In this document: positions 1 to 8,553 of the stretch, piece after piece | How the letters are laid out: every line of letters begins with the position of its first letter | How positions within the stretch are numbered: the stretch's first letter is position 1 | From: an uncultured Gammaproteobacteria bacterium | GTDB lineage: Bacteria > Patescibacteriota > Patescibacteriia > CAIXNZ01 | Reading direction: 5' to 3' | Length of the DNA: 43,480 nt | NCBI GenBank assembly: GCA_964400885.1 | Contig: CAYNWH010000001.1 | Span: forward strand, 2,768-46,247 | Notes under the pieces: generated by a model | Databases searched by the model: none | Told to the model about the DNA's origin: nothing | What the model saw: the letters and a program-made list of their open reading frames with translations, nothing else | Translations under genes and position numbers: made by a program

Positions 1-2475
1 GAAAATCAGATTTCTGCCGCCTTGACCATTATCAATGTTAGCAGTGATTGCCTGTCCTTGGGCTAAAAGCAGCTGGCCTGGCAAAATACCCAGCCAGCTG
101 GCCAGCCAATTATTGTCTTCAAAAACAATGTTGCAGTAAATGGTGTCAGAATAAGCCAGGGCAACAGTCTTGTTTTTAAGACCATTAGCCAAAATCGCAT
201 TGGTCCAGTCCAAACCAGCGCCTGTGCAATGCAACTCAGGGTAGTTATAACTGCCCTGATACTCAAACGTCAAACTGCCGTCAGAGTATATTGTGACTGC
301 ATCTTCAAGGTTAGGCGGTGGCGGATCTGGATCAGGATCTGGTTCTGGTTCAGGCAAAGGTGGGGGTTCTGGCAGACTGCCGCCGCCAGCACCGAAATCA
401 CCTTCATAGATCAAAACCAAAGTGTCCAAAACGACGTTGTCAGTACTTAAAGCGCTTTGTGAAGCAGCAATTTCCACTGAGTAACGCCAGTCATTGTAAA
501 AATCAAAAGTGCCTAAATAGACTTTTTTATTTTCATTGTCATTAGACTGATTAATTGTCACTTCATAAGGATTGGTTAAACCCTGACGGCTATGCCAAAT
601 CTTGTAAGTGACAAAATCAGCTTCTGCATAATAGCGCGGTATGATCGCGTAAACTGACCAGGCTCCGCTTTGTGGCACGTAAAAATTCCAGGAAGCCGGA
701 CAATCATCACCAGCATTTTTCAGCCAGATATGATTGGCCCAGCCCACGCTGGACAAAGGCAAGCCGTCATAAAGCCGGCCCTGACGCTGCCAGCAATCTG
801 GATCAAATTCCACGTCAGCCAGTCTGCTTACATCGCGGTCATAACCATGGATGTAAAGGCTTAGCTGATTGCCATTAACCAAATCCCAATTGTTTTCAAT
901 GAATTCAATGGGATCAACAAAATAATCAAGGTAAGCTAGGTCATCAACCGGCCAATAACCAGCGCCCAGCTGGCTGTAGCCATTAATCCTGATTTCCAAG
1001 TGCAAATGCGGGCTAAAATTGCCATTGCCATCACCGACAGTGCCAATTTGCCAGCCTTTTTGCACATAAGTCTGCTGTTTTGTCAGCTGGCTTTGGCTGA
1101 TTGTCTGACCATCAGGCTTAATCACTTTGATCTCATTCAAATGGCCGTAAAGCACATGGATTTCAGTCACTCCAGAACCATCACTTAACGTGAAATCTTG
1201 TCCGAGTTTGGCCTGAATGCACAAAATCAGGTAATTGCCCCAGCCGCTAGTCCAGCCAAAATCCCAGATTAAAGCATTGGCAATCGCGTAAACTGGCGCG
1301 CCCAGATCATTAACTCCTTTAAGATTCAAATCAGCGCCTTGATGGATCTTGCTGCTAAAAGCAAACAAAGAACCAAAAGGCTGATAATCATAGCAGGCGC
1401 CAACTGGAATTTTGCTGTCAGTTTCCAGCCGGTAAATCTTGTCGCAGTTTAGCGGATAAGTAAAACTGTCAGCATAATGCGGATCTGAAACTGGCGGATC
1501 AATAGTCAGACAAGCTTCAACCACGCTACTGTTTAAACTGCCCTTAAAAGAGTTCAGCCGGTAACAATACTGACTAGGGTTTAAGCCTGAATCAGTGTAA
1601 TTGCTGGCATTAGCTGGCAAAGTCGCCAAGTAAGTCCAGTTGCGATAAAGCAAGAAACCATCTTCATTGCTGCTGTTATCTTGCCAAGTCAAAACAATGT
1701 TTTGACCATTTTGCGTCAGGACTAAATTTGACGGTGCTGCTGGCACAACTGGCTGCGGATCAGGCGGCGGATTTGGCTGCAGGTTAACTGTCACCATAAT
1801 TGGCCCGCCTGGTTCATAAGCAATGTTGCCAGCTTTGTCCTTGACCCAGAGCGTGAAAGTGTAAGTGCCAGCTGCCGGAGCCGTAAAACTGTAATTGGCT
1901 GAAATGCCGGCAAACTCTTTGTAGTACTGGTTAGGCAGGCCAGAAGGAATCCAGTCTGACAGATTATAGCCAGACGGGATAACTGCGTAAATGCGCAAAG
2001 CTTCCACGCCGCTCAGATTATCACTGCTGGAGACCTGGATGGTAAACTGACTTTGCGTAAAAACTTGCCCGCTGTAAATGTTGGTAAATGCTGCAGTTGG
2101 CAAAATCTGGTCAGAAACAACTGTCACTTGCGGACCATAATCCCACGTGCCATCACTTCTAAAAACCCAGTAAGTAATGACAAATTCCTGGTTGGCAATA
2201 CCATCCAAACGCCACATCACCCGCTGGGTAACATAGCTTAAGTCATAGTACCACCAGCCATTGCCAGAATCATGCCAGCCCGTATTTTGCCCCTGGCTGT
2301 TATTGCTGACTCCGCGCACATATGCGCGCCAGCGCACAAAGTTGCTGGCATTGTCCACGCCAAACTCGATACCGCCTTCATTGGTTGGATTTTTCTTGAT
2401 GTAAATCTGGTGCGCCCAAGCTGCCTGCGTCCAGAAAATCATCACCACCATTGCCGCAAAAACAAACCTTTTCAT
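1..2475 (-). CDS. Secreted multidomain M23 peptidase (signal peptide, Ig-like, FN3, M23, golvesin-like, Pro linker, C-terminal unknown domain); runs off the window
   Basis: Manual translation: open frame from ATG at 2475 to base 1 (825 codons), absent from the ORF track because its stop lies outside. MKRFVFAAMVVMIFWTQAAWA signal; FN3 motif APSNLVLT..LTWQDNSSNEDGF; M23 motifs HQGADLN, VYAIA, GWGNY, LYGHL, PHLHLEIR; PEPEPDPDPDPPPP linker; SD AAAGGAG upstream. Confidence 0.9.
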   Translation of the reverse strand, partial: MKRFVFAAMVVMIFWTQAAWAHQIYIKKNPTNEGGIEFGVDNASNFVRWRAYVRGVSNNSQGQNTGWHDSGNGWWYYDLSYVTQRVMWRLDGIANQEFVITYWVFRSDGTWDYGPQVTVVSDQILPTAAFTNIYSGQVFTQSQFTIQVSSSDNLSGVEALRIYAVIPSGYNLSDWIPSGLPNQYYKEFAGISANYSFTAPAAGTYTFTLWVKDKAGNIAYEPGGPIMVTVNLQPNPPPDPQPVVPAAPSNLVLTQNGQNIVLTWQDNSSNEDGFLLYRNWTYLATLPANASNYTDSGLNPSQYCYRLNSFKGSLNSSVVEACLTIDPPVSDPHYADSFTYPLNCDKIYRLETDSKIPVGACYDYQPFGSLFAFSSKIHQGADLNLKGVNDLGAPVYAIANALIWDFGWTSGWGNYLILCIQAKLGQDFTLSDGSGVTEIHVLYGHLNEIKVIKPDGQTISQSQLTKQQTYVQKGWQIGTVGDGNGNFSPHLHLEIRINGYSQLGAGYWPVDDLAYLDYFVDPIEFIENNWDLVNGNQLSLYIHGYDRDVSRLADVEFDPDCWQRQGRLYDGLPLSSVGWANHIWLKNAGDDCPASWNFYVPQSGAWSVYAIIPRYYAEADFVTYKIWHSRQGLTNPYEVTINQSNDNENKKVYLGTFDFYNDWRYSVEIAASQSALSTDNVVLDTLVLIYEGDFGAGGGSLPEPPPLPEPEPDPDPDPPPPNLEDAVTIYSDGSLTFEYQGSYNYPELHCTGAGLDWTNAILANGLKNKTVALAYSDTIYCNIVFEDNNWLASWLGILPGQLLLAQGQAITANIDNGQGGRNLIF

Positions 2476-2501
2476 TCCCTTTTCTCCTTTTTTATCCTTT
2501 C

Positions 2502-2542
2502 TGCGCCCCTCCTTCGCTCCTGCAGAGCTTCGGAGGGGCGCA
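2502..2542. repeat. REP-like palindrome in the leader of the M23 gene
   Basis: tgcgcccctcc-ttc-gctc ctgca gagc-ttc-ggaggggcgca; same architecture (GC stem, 3-nt purine-rich internal loop, inner stem) as elements at 14292 and 22689. Confidence 0.7.
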
Positions 2543-2570
2543 CTTTGTAGTTTTGTTGTTGGTTAACTTT

Positions 2571-2600
2571 TTAACGCGCCTTAGCCACTTTTTTTCTCAT
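2571..2600 (-). other. Putative leader mini-ORF MRKKVAKAR
   Basis: AAAGGAGGTA directly upstream of ATG AGA AAA AAA GTG GCT AAG GCG CGT TAA. Confidence 0.4.
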
Positions 2601-2946
2601 TACCTCCTTTCTTGAATATATTTCAAATCTTAACTATTCGTATATTAGTATTCAAAAGCAACTAGATTTTCAAAGAACTTTTTTAAAAAAATAAAACACT
2701 TTCAAACCTGAAAGTGTTGCTCAACTTCTTTATTTTTTTTTGTTTTTTGTTTTTGTCCCCCATTTTTTTATTTTTTAAAAAACTTTTACTACTTTAAAAA
2801 TAACATTACTAAATTTTCAGTCAATCAAAATTTTTAATCAATTAAATTAATTAACAATAAAAAAATATCCACAGCCAGACATATTTTAAACACAAAAAAA
2901 CTGTTAATGTAAATTAACAGCCGCAATTTTTTTGTGGATATATGAC

Positions 2947-2981
2947 AAAACCCCTGCGCCGATTCATCGGTGCAGGGGGTT
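2947..2981 (-). terminator. Intrinsic terminator downstream of the 3006..3335 gene
   Basis: cccctgcgccgat/atcggtgcagggg stem followed by a T-tract on the minus strand. Confidence 0.75.
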
Positions 2982-3005
2982 ATTTAAGAATGCTAGACAA
3001 TCAAT

Positions 3006-3335
3006 TTAGCTTATTTTGTAAGTCAGAATTGTCATTTTCTCGGGCCGTGGGCCAGAACATAAGGGACACCAAGACAGCTTGACCGAAAGGCCTTTTAAAC
3101 TTTCCAGCTTAGGGAACTCTGGCAATTTGACCAAGAATTCCCAGATTTTGCTGTCTGCCTTGTCCTGCTCAGTCAAATACGTGCGGTTGCCACAACTGCT
3201 GCAGTAAACCACCAGCAGCTCCGGGTCAGCACACTTGTCACACAAAAAATCCCTGCTGCCCTGGCCTTCTATCCCGCACAAACTGCAATGGCCCTGCTTG
3301 GCCTGAATTTCTGTCTGATTTGTCTGACCTGCCAT
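3006..3335 (-). CDS. Small zinc-ribbon protein (4 x CxxC)
   Basis: CSLC, CDKC, CSSC, CPLC; SD AAAAGGAGG; promoter TTGACA(3424-3419)-17-TAGAAT; own terminator. Confidence 0.75.
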   Translation of the reverse strand: MAGQTNQTEIQAKQGHCSLCGIEGQGSRDFLCDKCADPELLVVYCSSCGNRTYLTEQDKADSKIWEFLVKLPEFPKLESLKGLSVKLSWCPLCSGPRPEKMTILTYKIS

Positions 3336-3425
3336 TGTCTACCTCCTTTTGTAAACTAATCTTTTTTATTAAAACAACAATAATGCTAGTTTTTTATTCT
3401 AACAAACAAACAAAAAATTGTCAAA

Positions 3426-4322
3426 TCAATGTTGAGTCAATTGGCGAACTGTTCTTTTGGATAAATGGCTAATAACCTCTTTGGCAATTCCTTCAACAAA
3501 ATCATAATAAGCTTTAACCTCTTCTTCACTGCTATTAGGCTGAGGCAAATCTATTTCTGGCACTACAATGGCTCGGTCATTACGTTTTTTTCTATCTAAA
3601 GTAACATCCAGTAAGACAAGATCTCCTATTTTTTCTTCATCACCGCCTATTTCAATAAAACAGTCCGTGCCATGATAATAATCCAAAGGTGTCAGATCAG
3701 CAGCTACTTCTCTGTCATCAGCATGGCGGTAATAGACTGGTGACTTTTTCTCCCGGCTGGCGGCCACAAAAAACCTGACTTGTTCTGCCTGCTCTGGTGC
3801 CAGGTCTAATTCCTCAACAATCGCTGTACGTAAATCATGGCCAAAACGCGATTTATCAGAATCTGGTTCTGTCGGATCTTGCCAGGGCTGATGTTTTTTG
3901 ACTAATTTTACAGCGGCCGGGAAATCCAAATATACCAAACCTCTTTCTTTAAAATTTTTTTGTGCCTCTGCCCTGGCTTGTTCTGTTGACCAGCCTTTTC
4001 TCTTAGCCATTTCCAAAAAAAGATTTTCAAAATCACTAAGATATGCTTCTGTATTAATTTCAATGCCATGCAATAAATCCCGTTCATACTCATGACCGTA
4101 ATATTTTTCTCTGTTCAGAGTGCTTGGCTGAGGTCTAACAACTTCAGAAATCCCGGGCTGTTTTAAGTCAGGTTTTTGAACAATGCCTTTTTTCCTTGTA
4201 ATCACAGAACCCTTTCTCGTCTCTTTGGCTGCCTGAGCTTTTTTAATTGCAGCTATTTTTTCCTCTGTTAATTCCCCCATTTTTTTTATTTGCGGCACTT
4301 GATAAGGCATTTTTTCTGGCAT
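3426..4322 (-). CDS. Hypothetical protein, possible PD-(D/E)xK-like C-terminal domain
   Basis: 298-aa ORF downstream of argS; motif TPLDYYHGTDCFI...LLDVTL resembles a restriction-endonuclease-like fold signature (inference). Confidence 0.65.
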   Translation of the reverse strand: MPEKMPYQVPQIKKMGELTEEKIAAIKKAQAAKETRKGSVITRKKGIVQKPDLKQPGISEVVRPQPSTLNREKYYGHEYERDLLHGIEINTEAYLSDFENLFLEMAKRKGWSTEQARAEAQKNFKERGLVYLDFPAAVKLVKKHQPWQDPTEPDSDKSRFGHDLRTAIVEELDLAPEQAEQVRFFVAASREKKSPVYYRHADDREVAADLTPLDYYHGTDCFIEIGGDEEKIGDLVLLDVTLDRKKRNDRAIVVPEIDLPQPNSSEEEVKAYYDFVEGIAKEVISHLSKRTVRQLTQH

Positions 4323-4361
4323 ATTTCATTATTAATAATTAAAAATAAACATTTTAAAAAA

Positions 4362-6074
4362 TTACATTTCATCCAAAACAGGCAAACCTAATAATTCCAT
4401 GCCATTAACCAAAATTTGCCTTACAGCTTTGGCCAATTCCAAGCGCGCAGCCCTAATCTTAGGTTCAGCTTTAACCACTGGCAATTCATGGTAAAAAGTA
4501 TTAAAGTCCTGAGCCAAATTAAATAAGTATTGAGTTAGCGCAGAAGGATCATTTAAATTTAAGCTTTCTAAAATTATTTCCGGATAATCAATTAAATCTT
4601 TAATTAATTTTTTTTCAATATTGCTGGCCAAAGCCTGATAATCAATTTTGCCTTTAGGCACTTTGACTTGTTTGCTTTTTTGAAAAAGAGAATATAACCT
4701 GGCCGTGGTGTATTGCAAATAAGGACCAGTAAACCCATTAATATCCAAGGCTTCATCAACATCAAAAGTAATAATTTTATCATCATTAACCTTGAGCATG
4801 CCGAATTTCAAGGCTGCAATTACAATTTTCAAAGCTGCGGCTGCAACATCCTTAGCCAGCCAGTCAGCATGCCTTTGTTTTGTTTCATTAATAACTTTAT
4901 TTAAAGCGGTTTCTCTAACTTCATCATAAGTCACGACATTGCCAGTGCGTGAAGACATTATCCCACTTTTAAGCTGGACAAATTCATAAGGCACATGGAT
5001 CATCTCTTTTTTAAAACCCATCAATTCCAAAATTTTAAAAATTTGTTTTATATACTGGCTTTGACGATTATCAATTACATATAAAGATTTCTGAATTTTA
5101 TACTTTTTAAATTTTTTAACTGCCAAAGGAATATCTTTCAAGCCGTACAAAACTGTGCCGTCTTTGCGCAATAAGACTAAAACTCCCAAATCATACTTAT
5201 TCAAATCAGCAATAACCGCGCCTTCGCTTTTTTTAATAAAATTATATTTTAAAAGCTGAGGCAGCATTCTTTTGCCGTCCTTTTCTTCCTCGCTTTCAAA
5301 AAAATAAAGATCAAATTTTATACCCAGCTCTTTATAAATATTTTTAAACTGCTCCAGACTCCATTGCCTAGTTTCCTTCCATAAAACAGTCAGCTCTTTA
5401 TCACCATCTTCTAGTTTTTTTAAAACGTCTGCTACTTGAAATTTATAATCATCATTTTCCTTAACTTTAGCTGCAGAAGTTGAATAAACGTTACCCAGAA
5501 ATTCGCCACGGGCTTCGGGCAAAGATGGAATATCAGTCTGATTAACAAAGTTTTGCAAATACCAAAGTGTTTTGGCCACATGAGCGCCAGTATCGCCTAT
5601 ATAATTGGCGGCAATAACTTTATAACCGCAACTTTTATAAATATTAACTAAAGCTGAACCAATACAGGCATTGCGCAAATGGCCGACATGAAATTCTTTA
5701 TGCGTATTAGGCTGAGAATATTCAATCATCACTTTTTCTTTTTTGCCTTCGTTGTTTTGCCCGTATTTCTTTTTCTTTTTTAAAATTTCCGGCAAAACAG
5801 TACCAGCTACTTTTTCAAAATTAAAAATAAAATTCAAATACGGCCCAAAATTCTGATAATTGATGATAAACTTTGTCGGCTTTAAATTCTTGGCAAAATC
5901 AGCGGCGATTTCTTCTGGTTTTCTTTTAAACTGTTTGGCTAATTTAAAACAAGGCAAAGCCAAATCACCCATTTCTGCTGATGGTGGCACAGTCAAATCT
6001 TCGGCTTTAATATTAATCTTTTGTTTTTTCAAAAGATTAACGATTTCTTTTTTAATTTTTTGGTTAATAGTCAT
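4362..6074 (-). CDS. argS: Arginine--tRNA ligase
   Basis: GDLALPCFKLAK N-domain, EYSQPNTHKEFHVGHLRN HIGH motif, MSSRTG, GPYLQYTTAR, C-terminal LLGLPVLDEM. Confidence 0.98.
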   Translation of the reverse strand: MTINQKIKKEIVNLLKKQKINIKAEDLTVPPSAEMGDLALPCFKLAKQFKRKPEEIAADFAKNLKPTKFIINYQNFGPYLNFIFNFEKVAGTVLPEILKKKKKYGQNNEGKKEKVMIEYSQPNTHKEFHVGHLRNACIGSALVNIYKSCGYKVIAANYIGDTGAHVAKTLWYLQNFVNQTDIPSLPEARGEFLGNVYSTSAAKVKENDDYKFQVADVLKKLEDGDKELTVLWKETRQWSLEQFKNIYKELGIKFDLYFFESEEEKDGKRMLPQLLKYNFIKKSEGAVIADLNKYDLGVLVLLRKDGTVLYGLKDIPLAVKKFKKYKIQKSLYVIDNRQSQYIKQIFKILELMGFKKEMIHVPYEFVQLKSGIMSSRTGNVVTYDEVRETALNKVINETKQRHADWLAKDVAAAALKIVIAALKFGMLKVNDDKIITFDVDEALDINGFTGPYLQYTTARLYSLFQKSKQVKVPKGKIDYQALASNIEKKLIKDLIDYPEIILESLNLNDPSALTQYLFNLAQDFNTFYHELPVVKAEPKIRAARLELAKAVRQILVNGMELLGLPVLDEM

Positions 6075-6637
6075 AATAATGTCTTATAAATAAATGGTTC
6101 TAATTCTTCTCTAATTAAAAGTCTTGATAATGTTGCATTCTTCTGCATTGCGATAGAAGGCTGATAAGAAAAACCGATATATTCAACTTTCTTCTTTAAA
6201 TGCTTCACTTTTTTTATCGCTGGGATTAAATCAGTATCAGAAGAAATTAATATGGCAGTATCATACATATTTTCATATGCTCCAATTAGTAAATCAACGG
6301 CTAAATGAACATCAACACCCTTTTCATGATAAACTCCGTCATTTTTCATTATGTAGCCCCTCTTAATAATAAAATTTTGTTGGGGTGATGTTAAATGAGA
6401 AAATAATTTTTGTTGCTCTTTTCTTAATTCTTGGCCTTTTACATTACTCTCTTCTGCCTTTACAACTCCAACATAATATCGGCAAGATACTATTTCTCTC
6501 TGCAAAGATAACCACTCTGCCAATCCTCTGTAATTAAATTTTGTTAAATTATTAAAATTTAAAGGAGCAGATCTTAATTTGAAATAGAAATTACTGCCAT
6601 CTATATAAATAGCTACTTTTTCTTTTTTACCAAACAT
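6071..6637 (-). CDS. NYN domain (LabA/DUF88, PIN-like) ribonuclease
   Basis: YIDGSN, EKGVDVHLAVD, LISSDTDLIPAI motifs; stop overlaps the argS start by 4 bp. Confidence 0.92.
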   Translation of the reverse strand: MFGKKEKVAIYIDGSNFYFKLRSAPLNFNNLTKFNYRGLAEWLSLQREIVSCRYYVGVVKAEESNVKGQELRKEQQKLFSHLTSPQQNFIIKRGYIMKNDGVYHEKGVDVHLAVDLLIGAYENMYDTAILISSDTDLIPAIKKVKHLKKKVEYIGFSYQPSIAMQKNATLSRLLIREELEPFIYKTLL

Positions 6638-6650
6638 AATGCTTAAATAT

Positions 6651-6732
6651 AAAAACCCGCCGTATGACCGAAGGCCATAGGGCGGGCGTTTTTAGCTAAT
6701 TTAATAATATGACATTTATTGAGACTTGTCAA
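6651..6732 (-). promoter_or_regulatory. Sigma70-type promoter followed by a terminator-like hairpin upstream of the NYN gene
   Basis: TTGACA (6732-6727)-17-TATTAT, then cccgccctatggccttcggtcatacggcggg-TTTTT ending 13 nt before the ATG. Confidence 0.6.
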
Positions 6733-6780
6733 TATCAAGCTGTGCATAATATTTTTACACCAAATCATACGATATTTTTA

Positions 6781-8007
6781 TTAAATTACCACTTTAACAA
6801 AATGTCTTTTGCCTTTTTGAATCAAGTGTTCGCCAGTGCTTAATTTATAATTTATATCTTCAATAACTTGATCATCAATTTTAATGCCTTTTTGTTCAAT
6901 TAAGCGTTTCGCCTCAGAATTAGAAGTAGCTAAACCCGTTTCCACGAGAATATTAATCACTCCACCTTTTAGAGTATATTCACCTAATTCAGCAGATAAT
7001 TTATAAGTTTTAATTCCTTCAGGTTTTTCTTTTTGCTGAAAAATTTTAATAAAGTTTTCTTTAGCTGCTAAAGCTGCTTTTTCTCCTTTGTAAATTTTTA
7101 CAATATCATTGGCTAGTTTCATTTTAAAATCGCGGGGATTAGCGCCTTCTTTCATCTGTTTGGTCATGGCTTCAATTGCACTCATAGGTTCATCAGTGCA
7201 AATTTCAAAGCCTAAGGCAATCATCTGATCTGACCAAGACATGACTTTGCCAAACATATCTTCGGCTGTGTCGCCTAAAGTAATCATATTGCCTTCGGTC
7301 TTACCCATTTTTTTACCAGTCGGATCTGTTAATAATTTTAAAGTCAAAACAAGTTTTTCCTTGTTTTTTAATTCTTTGAGCAAATCCCGACCAGCCAGCA
7401 TATTAAAAGTCTGGTCAGAACCACCTAGTTCCAAATCAACGTTCATGGCCACAGAATCATAACCCTGCATCAAGGGATACATAAATTCATGGATATAAAT
7501 CGGCTTGCCTTCTTCAATCCTTTTTTCAAACATATCGCGCTCTAACATTTGCTGAACAGTAAATTTAGAAGCCAAATTTAAAACATCTTCAAATTTCAGC
7601 TTACCCAGCCATTTGGAATTAAACATGACTTTGGCAGCATTTTTGCCACTAAAATCTAAAATTGAACTGGCTTGTTTTTTATAATTTTTTAAATTAGCTA
7701 AAACTTCTTTGCGGGGAAGCTGTTTACGAGCAGCCACCTTGTCAGTCGGATCACCAATCATGGCTGTAAAATCGCCAATTAAAAAAATGACTTCATGACC
7801 CAGTTTTTGAAATTCTGCTAATTTACGAATTTGATTGCCGTGGCCAATATGCAAAGTCGGACCAGTGGGATCAAAACCGCAATACAGTTTGATGCGTTCG
7901 CCAGACATTAATTTCTTTTTTAATGCTTCCTTGGTCGGATAAATCATTTCCACTCCGCGCCTTAACATTCTGTCAATTAATTTTTCATCTGTAATTACTT
8001 TAGGCAT
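6781..8007 (-). CDS. tyrS: Tyrosine--tRNA ligase
   Basis: YCGFDPTGPTLHIGH, YPLMQGYD, GGSDQTFN, KMGKT, C-terminal S4 domain. Confidence 0.98.
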   Translation of the reverse strand: MPKVITDEKLIDRMLRRGVEMIYPTKEALKKKLMSGERIKLYCGFDPTGPTLHIGHGNQIRKLAEFQKLGHEVIFLIGDFTAMIGDPTDKVAARKQLPRKEVLANLKNYKKQASSILDFSGKNAAKVMFNSKWLGKLKFEDVLNLASKFTVQQMLERDMFEKRIEEGKPIYIHEFMYPLMQGYDSVAMNVDLELGGSDQTFNMLAGRDLLKELKNKEKLVLTLKLLTDPTGKKMGKTEGNMITLGDTAEDMFGKVMSWSDQMIALGFEICTDEPMSAIEAMTKQMKEGANPRDFKMKLANDIVKIYKGEKAALAAKENFIKIFQQKEKPEGIKTYKLSAELGEYTLKGGVINILVETGLATSNSEAKRLIEQKGIKIDDQVIEDINYKLSTGEHLIQKGKRHFVKVVI

Positions 8008-8126
8008 ATTATTCGTTTTAATTAGTGATTATAAATTAGTATTAAAGCATTTCATTATATACCTAATTTAGCATAAAAATTTATCTTTTTCAAATTAAAA
8101 AAGCAGTCCGATATTTACCGGACCGC

Positions 8127-8372
8127 TTAGCAAACAATGATCTCCTGCGGAGGAACTTGAGAATCATCAGGATTAATAAGCTGCAATTTTCTGTAGCCTT
8201 CTTTTCTGGCTTTGAGGATAATATAAAAAATATGAATGGCTTGAATAATAATGGCTCTAGCCGTTGAATGGCTGGAAATCTGCTTTATTTCTTTTAGTTC
8301 TTCGGCTGTACTATTGCCCAAAAGCAAAGTCATTCTTTTATCCTGCACTGTTTTTCCCTCTTGATTTTTCAA
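8127..8372 (-). CDS. Small protein, ribbon-helix-helix-like
   Basis: TTG start with SD AAAAGGAGG; KRMTLLL strand followed by two predicted helices; own promoter (TTGACA 8429-8424) and a downstream hairpin at 8097-8127. Confidence 0.6.
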   Translation of the reverse strand: MKNQEGKTVQDKRMTLLLGNSTAEELKEIKQISSHSTARAIIIQAIHIFYIILKARKEGYRKLQLINPDDSQVPPQEIIVC

Positions 8373-8420
8373 ATTTTTCCTCCTTTTATCCAGATTTAAT
8401 ACCTTACATTAAAAATATAA

Positions 8421-8469
8421 TTTTGTCAATAAATCCAGCTGCTCGCGAGCAGCTGGATTAAAAAACGGC
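8421..8469. repeat. Copy 1 of a ~49-bp direct repeat containing a perfect 28-bp palindrome
   Basis: ttttgtcaataaatccagctgctcgcgagcagctggattaaaaaacggc; palindrome 8432-8459; second copy at 9630-9677. Confidence 0.9.
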
Positions 8470-8507
8470 TCGTTTTCCTTGGCTTACGCCTTGGAAAACG
8501 AGCCGTT
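8461..8507 (-). terminator. Terminator of the 8554..9507 lipoprotein gene
   Basis: aacggctcgttttcc / ggaaaacgagccgtt 15-bp stem with a T-tract on the minus strand. Confidence 0.75.
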
Positions 8508-8553
8508 GAGACTCACTCGTAGTTTGGAAAACGAGCCAATGTTTGCTTAACTA

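Noticed and set aside
63-2550. Short ORFs listed in the first 2.5 kb
   Set aside because: All overlap the uninterrupted minus-strand M23 protein frame (2475 to 1).
2865-2941. Inverted DnaA-box-like sequences (atatccaca / tgtggatat) in an AT-rich gap, suggesting oriC
   Set aside because: Only two imperfect boxes and no dnaA/dnaN nearby; insufficient evidence.
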